Source of the DNA: Escherichia coli phage NG_A1
Reading direction: 5' to 3' (one strand)
Sequence record: LC788705.1
Length of the DNA: 64,000 nucleotides
Positions 1-9,105 of the stretch are shown here, in pieces. The position numbers and the translations under genes were made by a program. The notes below the pieces were generated by a model that saw only the letters and a program-made list of their open reading frames with translations, was not told where the DNA came from and ran no database searches. Position 1 is the stretch's first letter, and each line of letters opens with the position of its first letter.

Positions 1-684
1 GATAATAGCGGTAATGATATTCCTGATATTAGTAATAATGTCCTTCCTCCTAGAGACTTTAAGTATACCCCTACTCCTGGCGGTTTAGTAGGCTCTATAG
101 GTAAAAATGGTGAGTTATCCTGGCTTCCGAGTCTAACCAATAATGTAGTTTATTACTCTATTGTACATTCAGGCCATGCCGAACCTTACATAGTACAACA
201 GTTAGAGACCAACCCTAACGAACGTATGATCCAAGAAATAATTGGAGAACCAGCAGGTCTGGCTATATTTGAGATAAGGGCAGTAGATATTAATGGTAGA
301 AGAAGTTCCCCGGTGACTCTGTCTATAGAACTTAACTCTGCTAAAAACCTTAGTGTAGTATCCAATTTTAGGGTAATTAATACTGCTTCCGGAGATGTAA
401 CTGAGTTTGTTGGCCCAGATGTGAAACTAGCCTGGGATAGAATACCTGAAGAAGATATAATAGAGAGTATATTTTATACCCTTGAAATACACGATTCACA
501 AAATAGGATGTTAAGAAGTGTACGTATTGAAAATCAGTACACTTATGACTATTTATTAACGTATAATAAGGCAGACTTCGCTCTCCAGAACAGCGGTGCT
601 CTAGGTATAAATAGAAAATTATATTTTCGTATTAGGGCTGAAGGGGATGATGGAGAACAGTCTGTGGAGTGGGCATCCATTTAA
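1..684 (+). CDS. Tail baseplate/hub-like protein, C-terminal fragment with fibronectin-III-like domain (5' end outside window)
   Basis: Frame 1 open from base 1 to TAA 682-684; beta-sandwich FN3-like signature (LAWDRIPEED...YFRIRAEGDDGEQSVEW); TAATG coupling to next tail gene. Confidence 0.5.
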   Translation, partial: DNSGNDIPDISNNVLPPRDFKYTPTPGGLVGSIGKNGELSWLPSLTNNVVYYSIVHSGHAEPYIVQQLETNPNERMIQEIIGEPAGLAIFEIRAVDINGRRSSPVTLSIELNSAKNLSVVSNFRVINTASGDVTEFVGPDVKLAWDRIPEEDIIESIFYTLEIHDSQNRMLRSVRIENQYTYDYLLTYNKADFALQNSGALGINRKLYFRIRAEGDDGEQSVEWASI

Positions 685-2741
685 TGATTTCAAATAATGC
701 ACCAGCCAAAATGGTCTTAAATAGTATAATGACTGGATATACTTTGGCTTATGTCCAGCACTCCATCTATACTGATTATGATGTTATTGGTAGATCTTTT
801 TGGTTAAAAATAGGAGAAAGTATAGATAGACGTGATTACACCGGTATAGATACTTTCTTCGTAATGATTAATAATCTAACCCCCTCTACCTCCTATGAGA
901 TTCAGGGGGCTTTCTATGACTCAATTATTGACTCAGAGCTTTTAAATGCAAAAATTGGTATCAACCTCTCTAATGAAACTAACTTTAGAACAAAGGAAAA
1001 GCCAATAATTGTTGCAGCAAGATCTGAATCAGAACCCGTCGACGTAGGTGTTGGTGCTCCAATAGTTGTTGTAGATACTACTGGTGAAGCTAGTTACTGC
1101 ACTATTGAATTAAAAAGTACTGCATCAGAAGATAGTGAATGGGTTAAGTATTATATAGGTGCGCTGGGACCTACTATCAAATTTGGTGGTGTTCCTGTTG
1201 GTGACTATAAGATCAGAATATCTGGTCAAGTTACGATGCCAGATGGTGTTACAGTTGACTCATCTGGTTATTATGAATATCCTAGCGTTTTCACTGTAGC
1301 TTATAATTTCGTACCCCCTACTGCACCTACTAACATTGCCTTTAAAGCTGCACGAATTGCAGATGGTAAGGAACGATATGATGTTAGAATAGAATGGGAC
1401 TGGGAACGTGGTGCTGGTGCTAATGTCCGTGAATTTCTGGTTACTTATATAAACTCTGAAGAATATGCCAAGACTGGCTGGGCTAAAGCTCAAAAGATAA
1501 ACGTTGGAGCTGCTAGAGCTGCAACGATTATATCATTCCCATGGAAAGTTGAGCATACTTTTAAGGTATCATCAATTGCCTGGGGACCAAATAAGCAAGA
1601 TATAACAGAATCAGCTCCTGCAACATTTATATTGAATGAAGATACTCCTCTAGACAACAGTTTTGTCAATGAGACGGGTATTGATGTTAATTATGCCTTT
1701 ATTAAGGGCAGCATGAAAGATGGAGAAATCTGGAGACAGACATTCTTAATCGACGCAGCTACTGGTGCTATTAACATTGGTCTGCTAGATGAAGAAGGAA
1801 AAGCACCTATTTCTTTTGACCCTATAAACCGTGTTGTTAACGTTGATGGTAAAGTAATTACTAGAGATATTAATGCTGCGAACTTTATCATGACTAACTT
1901 ATCAGGTAAGGATAATCCAGCAATTTACACTCAAGGTAAATCTTGGGGGGATAATAATTCAGGTATTTGGATGGGTATGGATAATACCTCTGCCAAAGCT
2001 AAACTAGACATTGGTAATGCTACACAATGGATACGTTATGATGGTACTACTTTGCGTATCTCTAGTGGTGTAGTAATTGGAACACCAAATGGTGACGTAG
2101 ATATTGAAACTGGTTTACAAGGTAAACAGACAGTATTTGTTTATAAGTTAGCAACATCTCTACCTGCTAAACCACTAGAACAAGATTATCCGCCTCCTGG
2201 TTGGTCAAAAACTCCACCTAACCGTACAGATATGACACAGAATATCTATGCCACTACAGGTACGCTTGATCCCGTTACTAACAAACTTCTTGAAGGTACT
2301 AGCTGGTCTGATGTAGTTCAGTGGAGTGGTACTGAGGGTACTATAGGACATGATGGACAACGTGGTCCTGGAATGTACTCCTTAGGTATTCCTGGTCTTG
2401 GGGGCTGGGATGATGGGCAGGCTAATGCCTTCTTCCAGAATAACTTTGGTAGTCCTCCTGTTAGATATGATGTATTAACCGAATTTAATAGTAATGCTCC
2501 ACAATCAGCATTTACAAGGCAATGGAATGGGTCTGGTTGGGTTAGCCCTGCAATGGTTCTCCACGGAAACATGATTGTTAATGGGACGGTGACGGCAGAT
2601 AAAATTGTAGCAGGAAATGCTTTCTTATCTCAGATCGGTGTTAACATCATTTATGATAGAAATGCTGCGTTATCCGGGAATCCTGAGGCATACTACAAGA
2701 TGAAGATAGACCTAAATAGTGGGTATATCCATATAAGGTAA
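684..2741 (+). CDS. Tail tip/central fibre protein with FN3-like domain (T5 pb4-like)
   Basis: About 685 aa from ATG 684 overlapping upstream stop (TAATG); FN3-like segment (RYDVRIEWDWERGAGANVREFLVTY); Gly/Thr/Asn-rich beta-rich C-terminus; sits in tail gene block. Confidence 0.5.
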   Translation: MISNNAPAKMVLNSIMTGYTLAYVQHSIYTDYDVIGRSFWLKIGESIDRRDYTGIDTFFVMINNLTPSTSYEIQGAFYDSIIDSELLNAKIGINLSNETNFRTKEKPIIVAARSESEPVDVGVGAPIVVVDTTGEASYCTIELKSTASEDSEWVKYYIGALGPTIKFGGVPVGDYKIRISGQVTMPDGVTVDSSGYYEYPSVFTVAYNFVPPTAPTNIAFKAARIADGKERYDVRIEWDWERGAGANVREFLVTYINSEEYAKTGWAKAQKINVGAARAATIISFPWKVEHTFKVSSIAWGPNKQDITESAPATFILNEDTPLDNSFVNETGIDVNYAFIKGSMKDGEIWRQTFLIDAATGAINIGLLDEEGKAPISFDPINRVVNVDGKVITRDINAANFIMTNLSGKDNPAIYTQGKSWGDNNSGIWMGMDNTSAKAKLDIGNATQWIRYDGTTLRISSGVVIGTPNGDVDIETGLQGKQTVFVYKLATSLPAKPLEQDYPPPGWSKTPPNRTDMTQNIYATTGTLDPVTNKLLEGTSWSDVVQWSGTEGTIGHDGQRGPGMYSLGIPGLGGWDDGQANAFFQNNFGSPPVRYDVLTEFNSNAPQSAFTRQWNGSGWVSPAMVLHGNMIVNGTVTADKIVAGNAFLSQIGVNIIYDRNAALSGNPEAYYKMKIDLNSGYIHIR

Positions 2742-2747
2742 TAAATA

Positions 2748-3083
2748 ATGAGTACTGAAAATAGAGTTATAGACTTAGTGATAGATGAGAAAGTACCTTA
2801 TGGTCTAATGATGCAATTCTTAGATGTTGATGATAGTACTTATCCACCTACAAATACCCCTGTTAACTTAACGGGGTATTCTCTAAGGGGTACTATAAAG
2901 GCCGGGCTTGATGAGAATGCGGAAACTTTGGCATCTTTTACTACTAAAATTATTGATGCTGCTCAAGGTGCCATAGCTATAAGTTTACCTGTAGAGGCGG
3001 TAGATAATATTGGTGAAAAAGCTACCAAAGAGAGAGAGATAAGTATAACCCTCGCCAACGTTTTGCAGGATACTATGATATAA
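2748..3083 (+). CDS. Small tail-associated protein (possible collar/Ig-like protein)
   Basis: 111-aa ORF tightly packed between tail-tip and fibre genes; no catalytic motif. Confidence 0.4.
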   Translation: MSTENRVIDLVIDEKVPYGLMMQFLDVDDSTYPPTNTPVNLTGYSLRGTIKAGLDENAETLASFTTKIIDAAQGAIAISLPVEAVDNIGEKATKEREISITLANVLQDTMI

Positions 3084-3171
3084 TTATGACACGAGATGTC
3101 ATAGGATCAGCTATTAGCTCTTTTCGTATAATGGAGGGTAAAGTATTTATCAGTGATGGGGTAACTAGATA

Positions 3172-5226
3172 ATGGCAATAACTACTAAGATTATTGTACA
3201 ACAAATATTAAATATTGATGATACTAAAGCTACTGCTAGTAAATTTCCTAGATACACAGTAACTCTTGGAAATTCTATTAGCTCTATTACTGCTAATGAG
3301 TTAGTATCCTCTATAGAGGCCGCTGCTAAATCTGCTGCGGCTGCAAAAGATTCTGAAATAGCTGCTAAAACCTCAGAACTTAATGCTAAGAATTCGGAGC
3401 AGGAAGCTGCTATTTCTGCCGGGGCTTCAGAAGCTTCTGCTACTCAGTCTGCTACATCTGCTACTCAATCTGCTGCATCAGCTGATAAATCTGCAGAATC
3501 AGCCGCAGCAGCTAAAGTATCCGAGACTAATGCGAAGGCTAGTGAAACTAATGCTGCAGGATCTGCAACTTCTGCCAACCAATCTGTAACTACTATTCAA
3601 GGGCTTAAATCAGATGTTGAACAATTAAAATCTGATACCCAGGCCATTAAAAATAGTGCTGTAACAGAGACAGCAGCTTTAAAAGCAGATGTTGAGCAAT
3701 TAAAAACAGATACACAAGGTATTAAGGATAGCACGGTATCTGAGACAACAACTTTAAAAAACCAAGCTGCAACTTCTGCAACTAGTGCTGCTAATTCTGC
3801 TACTGAAGCAGGAAAACAAGCTACTAGTGCTGCCAATAGTGCTAATACTGCTAAAACTGAAGCCGACCGTTCAAAAACTGAGGCTGATAGATCAGAAGCT
3901 GCTGCTAATTCTACCCCCGACATTCAACCTCTTCCAGATGTATGGATACCGTTTAATGATTCTCTAGATATGATCACCGGCTTTGCACCAGGCTATAAAA
4001 AAATAACAGTTGGTGATGAGGAAATAACACTGCCTAGCGACAAGATTGTTAGCTTTACTCGTGCATCAACTGCGACCTATATCAATAAGTCCGGTATATT
4101 GACCATTGCTGAAGTTGACGAACCGCGATTTGAACGTGAAGGTTTGCTGATTGAAGGACAAAGAACTAACCTGCTAATCAATTCAACTGATCCGACTAAA
4201 TGGAACAAGTCATCAAATATGATCTTAGATAGATCAGGTGTAGATGATTTCGGATTCCAGTACGCAAAATTTACATTAAAACCAGAAATGGTAGGGCAAA
4301 CTTCAGCGATTAACATAGTAACCGTTTCCGGCAGCAGAGGTTTTGATGTAACAGGAAATGAAAAGTATGTAACCATATCATGCAGGGCGCAAAGTGGGAC
4401 TCCAAATTTAAGATGCCGATTACGATTTGAAAACTACGATGGATCTGCTTATACATTTTTGGGTGATGCTTACGTAAATCTGACAGATTTATCAATTGAA
4501 AAAACTGGCGGCGCTGCAAATCGTATTACTGCAAGGGCTGTTAAAGATGAAGCAAGCAAATGGATTTTCTTTGAGGCAACAATTAAAGCACTTGATACAG
4601 AAAATATGATCGGTGCAATGGTGCATTATGCACCAGCAAAAGGGGGAGGTACTGGTGTAGATGATTATATTTATATTGCGACCCCTCAAGTTGAAGGTGG
4701 GGCATGTGCTTCATCCTTTATTATTACAGAAGCAACTCCAGTGACAAGGGCTAGTGATATGGTTACAATGCCAATCAAAAACAACCTTTACAATTTGCCG
4801 TTTACAGTACTTGTGGAAGCTAATAAAAACTGGAGTATAACGCCAAATGCTGCGCCTCGTGTTTTCGATACTAGAGGTCATCAATCTGGTGCGGCAATTA
4901 TTCTTGCTTTCGGATCTGCCGAAGGCGATAATGATGGATTCCCTTATTGCGATATAGGTAAATCAAACAGAAGGGTTTACGAGAATGCAAAACTAAAAAA
5001 GATGATTATGGGAATGAGAGTAAAGAGTGATTACAATAATTGCTGTGTAAGTAATGCCAGAATATCAAGCGAAACAAAAACGGAATGGAGATACATACAA
5101 TCAACGGCTACTATAAGGATTGGAGGACAAACAAATACTGGAGAACGACATTTATTTGGCCATATCCGAAACTTTAGAATCTGGCATAAGGAACTAACTG
5201 ATAGACAAATGAAGGAGTATGTATGA
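3172..5226 (+). CDS. L-shaped tail fibre protein (LtfA-like) with Ala/Ser/Thr-rich repetitive shaft
   Basis: 684 aa; N-terminal low-complexity region with tandem ~20-aa repeats (SDVEQLKSDTQAIKNSAVTETAALKADVEQLKTDTQGIK); beta-rich C-terminal domain; context. Confidence 0.6.
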   Translation: MAITTKIIVQQILNIDDTKATASKFPRYTVTLGNSISSITANELVSSIEAAAKSAAAAKDSEIAAKTSELNAKNSEQEAAISAGASEASATQSATSATQSAASADKSAESAAAAKVSETNAKASETNAAGSATSANQSVTTIQGLKSDVEQLKSDTQAIKNSAVTETAALKADVEQLKTDTQGIKDSTVSETTTLKNQAATSATSAANSATEAGKQATSAANSANTAKTEADRSKTEADRSEAAANSTPDIQPLPDVWIPFNDSLDMITGFAPGYKKITVGDEEITLPSDKIVSFTRASTATYINKSGILTIAEVDEPRFEREGLLIEGQRTNLLINSTDPTKWNKSSNMILDRSGVDDFGFQYAKFTLKPEMVGQTSAINIVTVSGSRGFDVTGNEKYVTISCRAQSGTPNLRCRLRFENYDGSAYTFLGDAYVNLTDLSIEKTGGAANRITARAVKDEASKWIFFEATIKALDTENMIGAMVHYAPAKGGGTGVDDYIYIATPQVEGGACASSFIITEATPVTRASDMVTMPIKNNLYNLPFTVLVEANKNWSITPNAAPRVFDTRGHQSGAAIILAFGSAEGDNDGFPYCDIGKSNRRVYENAKLKKMIMGMRVKSDYNNCCVSNARISSETKTEWRYIQSTATIRIGGQTNTGERHLFGHIRNFRIWHKELTDRQMKEYV

Positions 5227-5501
5227 GAGATATAATCCTAAAGTTCACAGATAAATCAACATATAAAGATTTTCTCATTCAAATAGGGTGGGATACTAAT
5301 GAAACTTTGCAAAACCAAATAATGCTTGATGAAATTGGCTATACTTATACTGAAATCTCTCCGCTAGGCGATGAGGAGCCTAGATGCATCCGTAATGAAG
5401 GGTATTATGTTAATGTAAGGATTCTTGATGAATCCTTTACTTACGAATACTTCGAGCCTTTTATAGTTCAGCTAGAACAGCCTCTTAGAGTATGGGCATA
5501 A
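5223..5501 (+). CDS. Hypothetical protein between tail fibre genes
   Basis: 92-aa ORF, start overlaps upstream stop; no recognisable motif. Confidence 0.4.
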   Translation: MRDIILKFTDKSTYKDFLIQIGWDTNETLQNQIMLDEIGYTYTEISPLGDEEPRCIRNEGYYVNVRILDESFTYEYFEPFIVQLEQPLRVWA

Positions 5502-5510
5502 GGTTTTATA

Positions 5511-6122
5511 ATGGTAACTAAAACAGTAATTCCTACGGATATTACAAAACTTAAAAATGAGTCACTTAACAAGAATAATAACTTAAGTGACTTAGCAGAC
5601 CGTGCAGCAGCATGGCTAAATGTGCGTCCTATTGGGTCCACCCCTCTTGCGGGGGACCCTGTTGGGGACTACGATGCTGCAACCAAACGTTGGGTAGAGA
5701 ATAAGATTAACACTGGTACAGTCGGCCCCACTATGAATGGTGTTATGAACTACGGCGTTGGTGATTTCCACCTTCGAGATAGTCGTGCATATATTCAACC
5801 ATACGAAGTCGTTTCTGACGGACAGCTTCTTAATAGGGCTGACTGGCCTGAACTTTGGGCGTATGCACAAATGGTTGGGGCTATAGATGATTCAGTTTGG
5901 TTAGGAGATAAATTCCAGCGCGGTAAGTACTCATCAGGTAATGGAACAACAACCTTTCGTGTTCCAGATAAGAATGGGGTGCAGGAGGGATCAATACGCG
6001 CTCTTTATGGCCGTGGAGATGGTGGGAATAGTGGTGCAAATGGGCAACTGTTCGAATCCGCTGCGCCTAATATTACAGGTTTTTCACCACATATGCCTCT
6101 CAAACCTATGCCCAGGCATTAG
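5511..6122 (+). CDS. Tail fibre protein, N-terminal part with phage tail-collar domain (frame continues in -1 frame)
   Basis: Collar-domain signature (SDGQLLNRADWPELWAY...TTFRVPDKNGVQEGSIRALYGRGDGG); stops at TAG 6120-6122 while the -1 frame is open from 6071 to 7240. Confidence 0.55.
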   Translation: MVTKTVIPTDITKLKNESLNKNNNLSDLADRAAAWLNVRPIGSTPLAGDPVGDYDAATKRWVENKINTGTVGPTMNGVMNYGVGDFHLRDSRAYIQPYEVVSDGQLLNRADWPELWAYAQMVGAIDDSVWLGDKFQRGKYSSGNGTTTFRVPDKNGVQEGSIRALYGRGDGGNSGANGQLFESAAPNITGFSPHMPLKPMPRH

Positions 6123-6334
6123 GACATACAGGTGGTTGCTTTAGTGCAAACAATAATGCGTTTCCTGACGGAAGAGGTGACGGAATCGCTCCAGGGTCTA
6201 CAGCTCTTGCTGGACGTTATAATACCTGCGACTTCAATGCCTCAATATCAAGTCCGATTTACGGGGCATCAACAGATGAGATTCTTACACGAAACTTTGT
6301 CGGCGTCTGGGTAATCCGTGCTTCTGGTGGGTTC

Positions 6335-7240
6335 GTGGCAGCAAATACATCATGGAGTGTTATTAACGCTGATAAAACAACCCCCGATTCAGGTGTTGTT
6401 GTTTCTGGTGGTAGTGTTAAATCTGAATATAAATCTCCCAGTGCAAGTGTAACAGCGGAACTAAAATCAAGTAAAGTAATTAATGGTGCATGGGGTGTTA
6501 GCTTAACTATAACAGATGATAGAGGGATCCCTGTAAGCATTAAGTATGACAGTAATGGTCAGTTTTCAACATCTCATAGGCCATCTGGAGTCGGTACTGG
6601 GAGTTCCTATACTCATTGCGCTTATCGCGCGCCAGACTGGTGGAATAACACAGCATATAGTGCCTTCGTACCAATTCTTGGAGGTGGTAGCGGTAATTCA
6701 CTAAAGAACTATAGATCTTTTGCTTGTTTTGGACAAATATCTTATCCTGATTCTAGTAATAGTTATCCTAGAGCTGCAATTGCTCAAGTAAGGGATTGGG
6801 CACTACCAGATGGTGAACAAGGTAACGGCAAGAGTATTACCGTGTTTACGTTTATTGATAATTCATTTGACCTTCAATATGGGTACAACGATGGTTCGCT
6901 AAACTATATTTTTTCAAAATCTCCAATTTGTGATGAAAGATTAAAGAAAAATATTGAATCCATTGATACTAATATTGCAATAAGTAATATTAAGCAGATG
7001 TCATATAAATCATACATCTATAAAAATGACGAGAATGAACAGGTGCGCCGTGGTTTTATAGCTCAGGATTTACAGAAAATAGATCCCCAATATGTACGGG
7101 AATATGGAGATCCTGGAAGAGAGAAAACGTTGGCCATTGATGAAAACGTTATGTTGCTTGATTCAGTTGCTGCGGTTAAGTGGCTTATTAATAAAGTTGA
7201 GGAGTTGCAAGAAGAAATAAATGTATTGAAAGCTAAGTAA
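6335..7240 (+). CDS. Tail fibre C-terminal part with intramolecular chaperone / autoproteolytic (S74-like) domain; reading frame open from 6071
   Basis: C-terminus DERLKKNIESI...GFIAQDLQKIDPQYV matches the intramolecular chaperone domain of phage fibres; coding-like conserved sequence upstream of first ATG. Confidence 0.55.
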   Translation: MAANTSWSVINADKTTPDSGVVVSGGSVKSEYKSPSASVTAELKSSKVINGAWGVSLTITDDRGIPVSIKYDSNGQFSTSHRPSGVGTGSSYTHCAYRAPDWWNNTAYSAFVPILGGGSGNSLKNYRSFACFGQISYPDSSNSYPRAAIAQVRDWALPDGEQGNGKSITVFTFIDNSFDLQYGYNDGSLNYIFSKSPICDERLKKNIESIDTNIAISNIKQMSYKSYIYKNDENEQVRRGFIAQDLQKIDPQYVREYGDPGREKTLAIDENVMLLDSVAAVKWLINKVEELQEEINVLKAK

Positions 7241-7243
7241 AAG

Positions 7244-7277
7244 AAAACCCCAGAGGGATATCCCTCTGGGGTTTATT
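7244..7277. terminator. Bidirectional rho-independent terminator between convergent tail and dUTPase genes
   Basis: 10-bp perfect stem CCCCAGAGGG/CCCTCTGGGG with ATAT loop, flanked by A-run upstream and T-run downstream. Confidence 0.8.
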
Positions 7278-7301
7278 ATTATTATTTATTTGATACGTAG
7301 A

Positions 7302-7748
7302 TTATTTACTTCCTGAGCTTCCAAAGCCGCCTTCTCCACGATTAGTCTCCCCTAGTTCGTCAACGATTTCAAAATTATGGGTTGAATAGTGGGGTAGTAC
7401 CACTAGCTGACAAAGTCTTTCAAAATTTTCCAAAGTTTGAATTTCAGAACCATAGTTGAACAGGTTCATCTTAATAGTTCCACGATAGTCTGAGTCGATC
7501 ACTCCTGCAGTATTTGCAATCATCAGATGGCGTTTACCTAAAGAGCTGCGTGGAACTACCAAACCGAACCAACCTCGCGGAATTTCCACCGCGACACCGG
7601 TGTCAATCATTAAGGATTTGCCTGGTGCAATAGCGCGTAAGTCTGCGGCAGGGTTAGTACCAAAGAATGCTCGCAGATCCATACCTGCGGCATCTTCGGA
7701 ACCAATCTTAGGCATACAATCTGGATGAGTTAATTTAATTTTAATCAT
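7302..7748 (-). CDS. dut: dUTPase
   Basis: 148 aa; trimeric dUTPase motifs (AGMDLRA, VIDSDYRGTIKMNLFNYG, RGEGGFGSSG). Confidence 0.9.
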   Translation of the reverse strand: MIKIKLTHPDCMPKIGSEDAAGMDLRAFFGTNPAADLRAIAPGKSLMIDTGVAVEIPRGWFGLVVPRSSLGKRHLMIANTAGVIDSDYRGTIKMNLFNYGSEIQTLENFERLCQLVVLPHYSTHNFEIVDELGETNRGEGGFGSSGSK

Positions 7749-8620
7749 TGTTCTGCAATCTCCAAAATATCTTTTGTAAACTTATCTAATACATCTTGAC
7801 CTACAGCAGCAATAGCATCCACACAGTAGGTAGGTAAATCAACCAGAATTAGGTTTCGATAAAGCAATTCTTCCGAAGCATTTAAATTCTGTATATATTT
7901 CTGTTTTCCAGGCAGTGGAAGCTGCTCAATAATATCCAGAACGTTACCAAATTCACGAATAATGTTATACCCGCGTTTTGCCCCAATACCTTCAACACCA
8001 CGGATATTATCCCCTAAATCACCCATAATTGCTTTTAGAGAGATAAACTGCTCTACATCATCAACATTATGATGCTCATACATATCACGAAGATGGTATT
8101 CACGACGTGTTGTGAAAGAGAAACGAGAAACTTTATCTGTTAATAAAGTATCCCAGTCACCGTCTGTAGAGATTAACCAAACATGATCATATAGATGCCC
8201 GATCAGCTTAACAATATAAGCCGCCATATCATCTGCTTCTACACCACGAATAGTGAAAGTTGGGAATGTAGTTTCACACAATTCGAAAGCATCTTTCAAA
8301 TACTCGAAGAACTGCTCATCTAGTGCTTTCTCCTCTTCCGTACGCTGCGAGTATTTCTCATCTCGATTCCCCTTATACTCAGGGAGATGCTCTAAGCGGA
8401 ATGCAGACTTCCCTTTATCCCCTAAAACTATTGTAGTTCTAGCAGAATAAGATTTTGCTAGAGACTGAATAGTGGAAACATAACTTGAGGCAAATGGTTT
8501 TTTACTGTTGTTATGTTTGAAGCGAAAGCCTAAGTTAGTTCCATCGACAATCATTAGATTACGACGGGAAGCCATTTCAGCTTCCTCTTCTTCAATAAAT
8601 TTTCCCCAGGATTTACTCAT
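7745..8620 (-). CDS. Flap endonuclease / 5'-3' exonuclease (T5 D15-type)
   Basis: 291 aa; FEN/5'-nuclease family fold (LMIVDGTNLGFR..., acidic metal-binding residues, H3TH-like GDLGDNIRGVEGIG). Confidence 0.85.
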   Translation of the reverse strand: MSKSWGKFIEEEEAEMASRRNLMIVDGTNLGFRFKHNNSKKPFASSYVSTIQSLAKSYSARTTIVLGDKGKSAFRLEHLPEYKGNRDEKYSQRTEEEKALDEQFFEYLKDAFELCETTFPTFTIRGVEADDMAAYIVKLIGHLYDHVWLISTDGDWDTLLTDKVSRFSFTTRREYHLRDMYEHHNVDDVEQFISLKAIMGDLGDNIRGVEGIGAKRGYNIIREFGNVLDIIEQLPLPGKQKYIQNLNASEELLYRNLILVDLPTYCVDAIAAVGQDVLDKFTKDILEIAEQ

Positions 8621-9102
8621 TATTTAATTAAGTCCTCAACAGATGCATGATGTAGCCACGGCTCAAATAAACCAATTACGATTTCCATGTCTTTCTTATT
8701 TAACACCATATGGGTACGACTCATTAAGTTGTCAACCATCTGGTCTGAGCTATCCAAAGCTATTAACCACTGTCCTCTGTCTTTCTTGAATATTAATGCA
8801 GGTTTGGAGTTCATCTGCTCACCTTCACGTGAGCACTGCTGCCACCACTTCTCTAGAGTGGATTCACCAACATTAAATAAATTACTTGATAATGCGTCAT
8901 CTTTATACCACTTAACTTCGAAGCAGTATTTACTAATGTGTCCACTTTGTGGTGGAAGGTAGATGTCACCCTTCAATCCGTGGCTCTGGCCAAAAGCACC
9001 AGAACCAGGAACACGTTCCCACTCAAGACCCGTACGTTCACGTAAAATATCTCTTACCTGATATTCACCACGTTTACCTTTCTCTCTACTATCTACAGCC
9101 AT
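8620..9102 (-). CDS. Putative PD-(D/E)xK-type nuclease / resolvase-like protein (T5 D14 position)
   Basis: 160 aa; KGKRGE...GSGA...GDIYL...EVK pattern reminiscent of Hjc-like nucleases; position between FEN and SbcC-like gene. Confidence 0.45.
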   Translation of the reverse strand: MAVDSREKGKRGEYQVRDILRERTGLEWERVPGSGAFGQSHGLKGDIYLPPQSGHISKYCFEVKWYKDDALSSNLFNVGESTLEKWWQQCSREGEQMNSKPALIFKKDRGQWLIALDSSDQMVDNLMSRTHMVLNKKDMEIVIGLFEPWLHHASVEDLIK

Positions 9103-9105
9103 GTT

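Noticed and set aside
1260-1493. Antisense ORFs inside tail genes (1260-1493, 1691-1891, 2318-2572, 3597-3923 and others)
   Set aside because: They lie within and opposite to long, motif-bearing genes and have no RBS; treated as chance ORFs.
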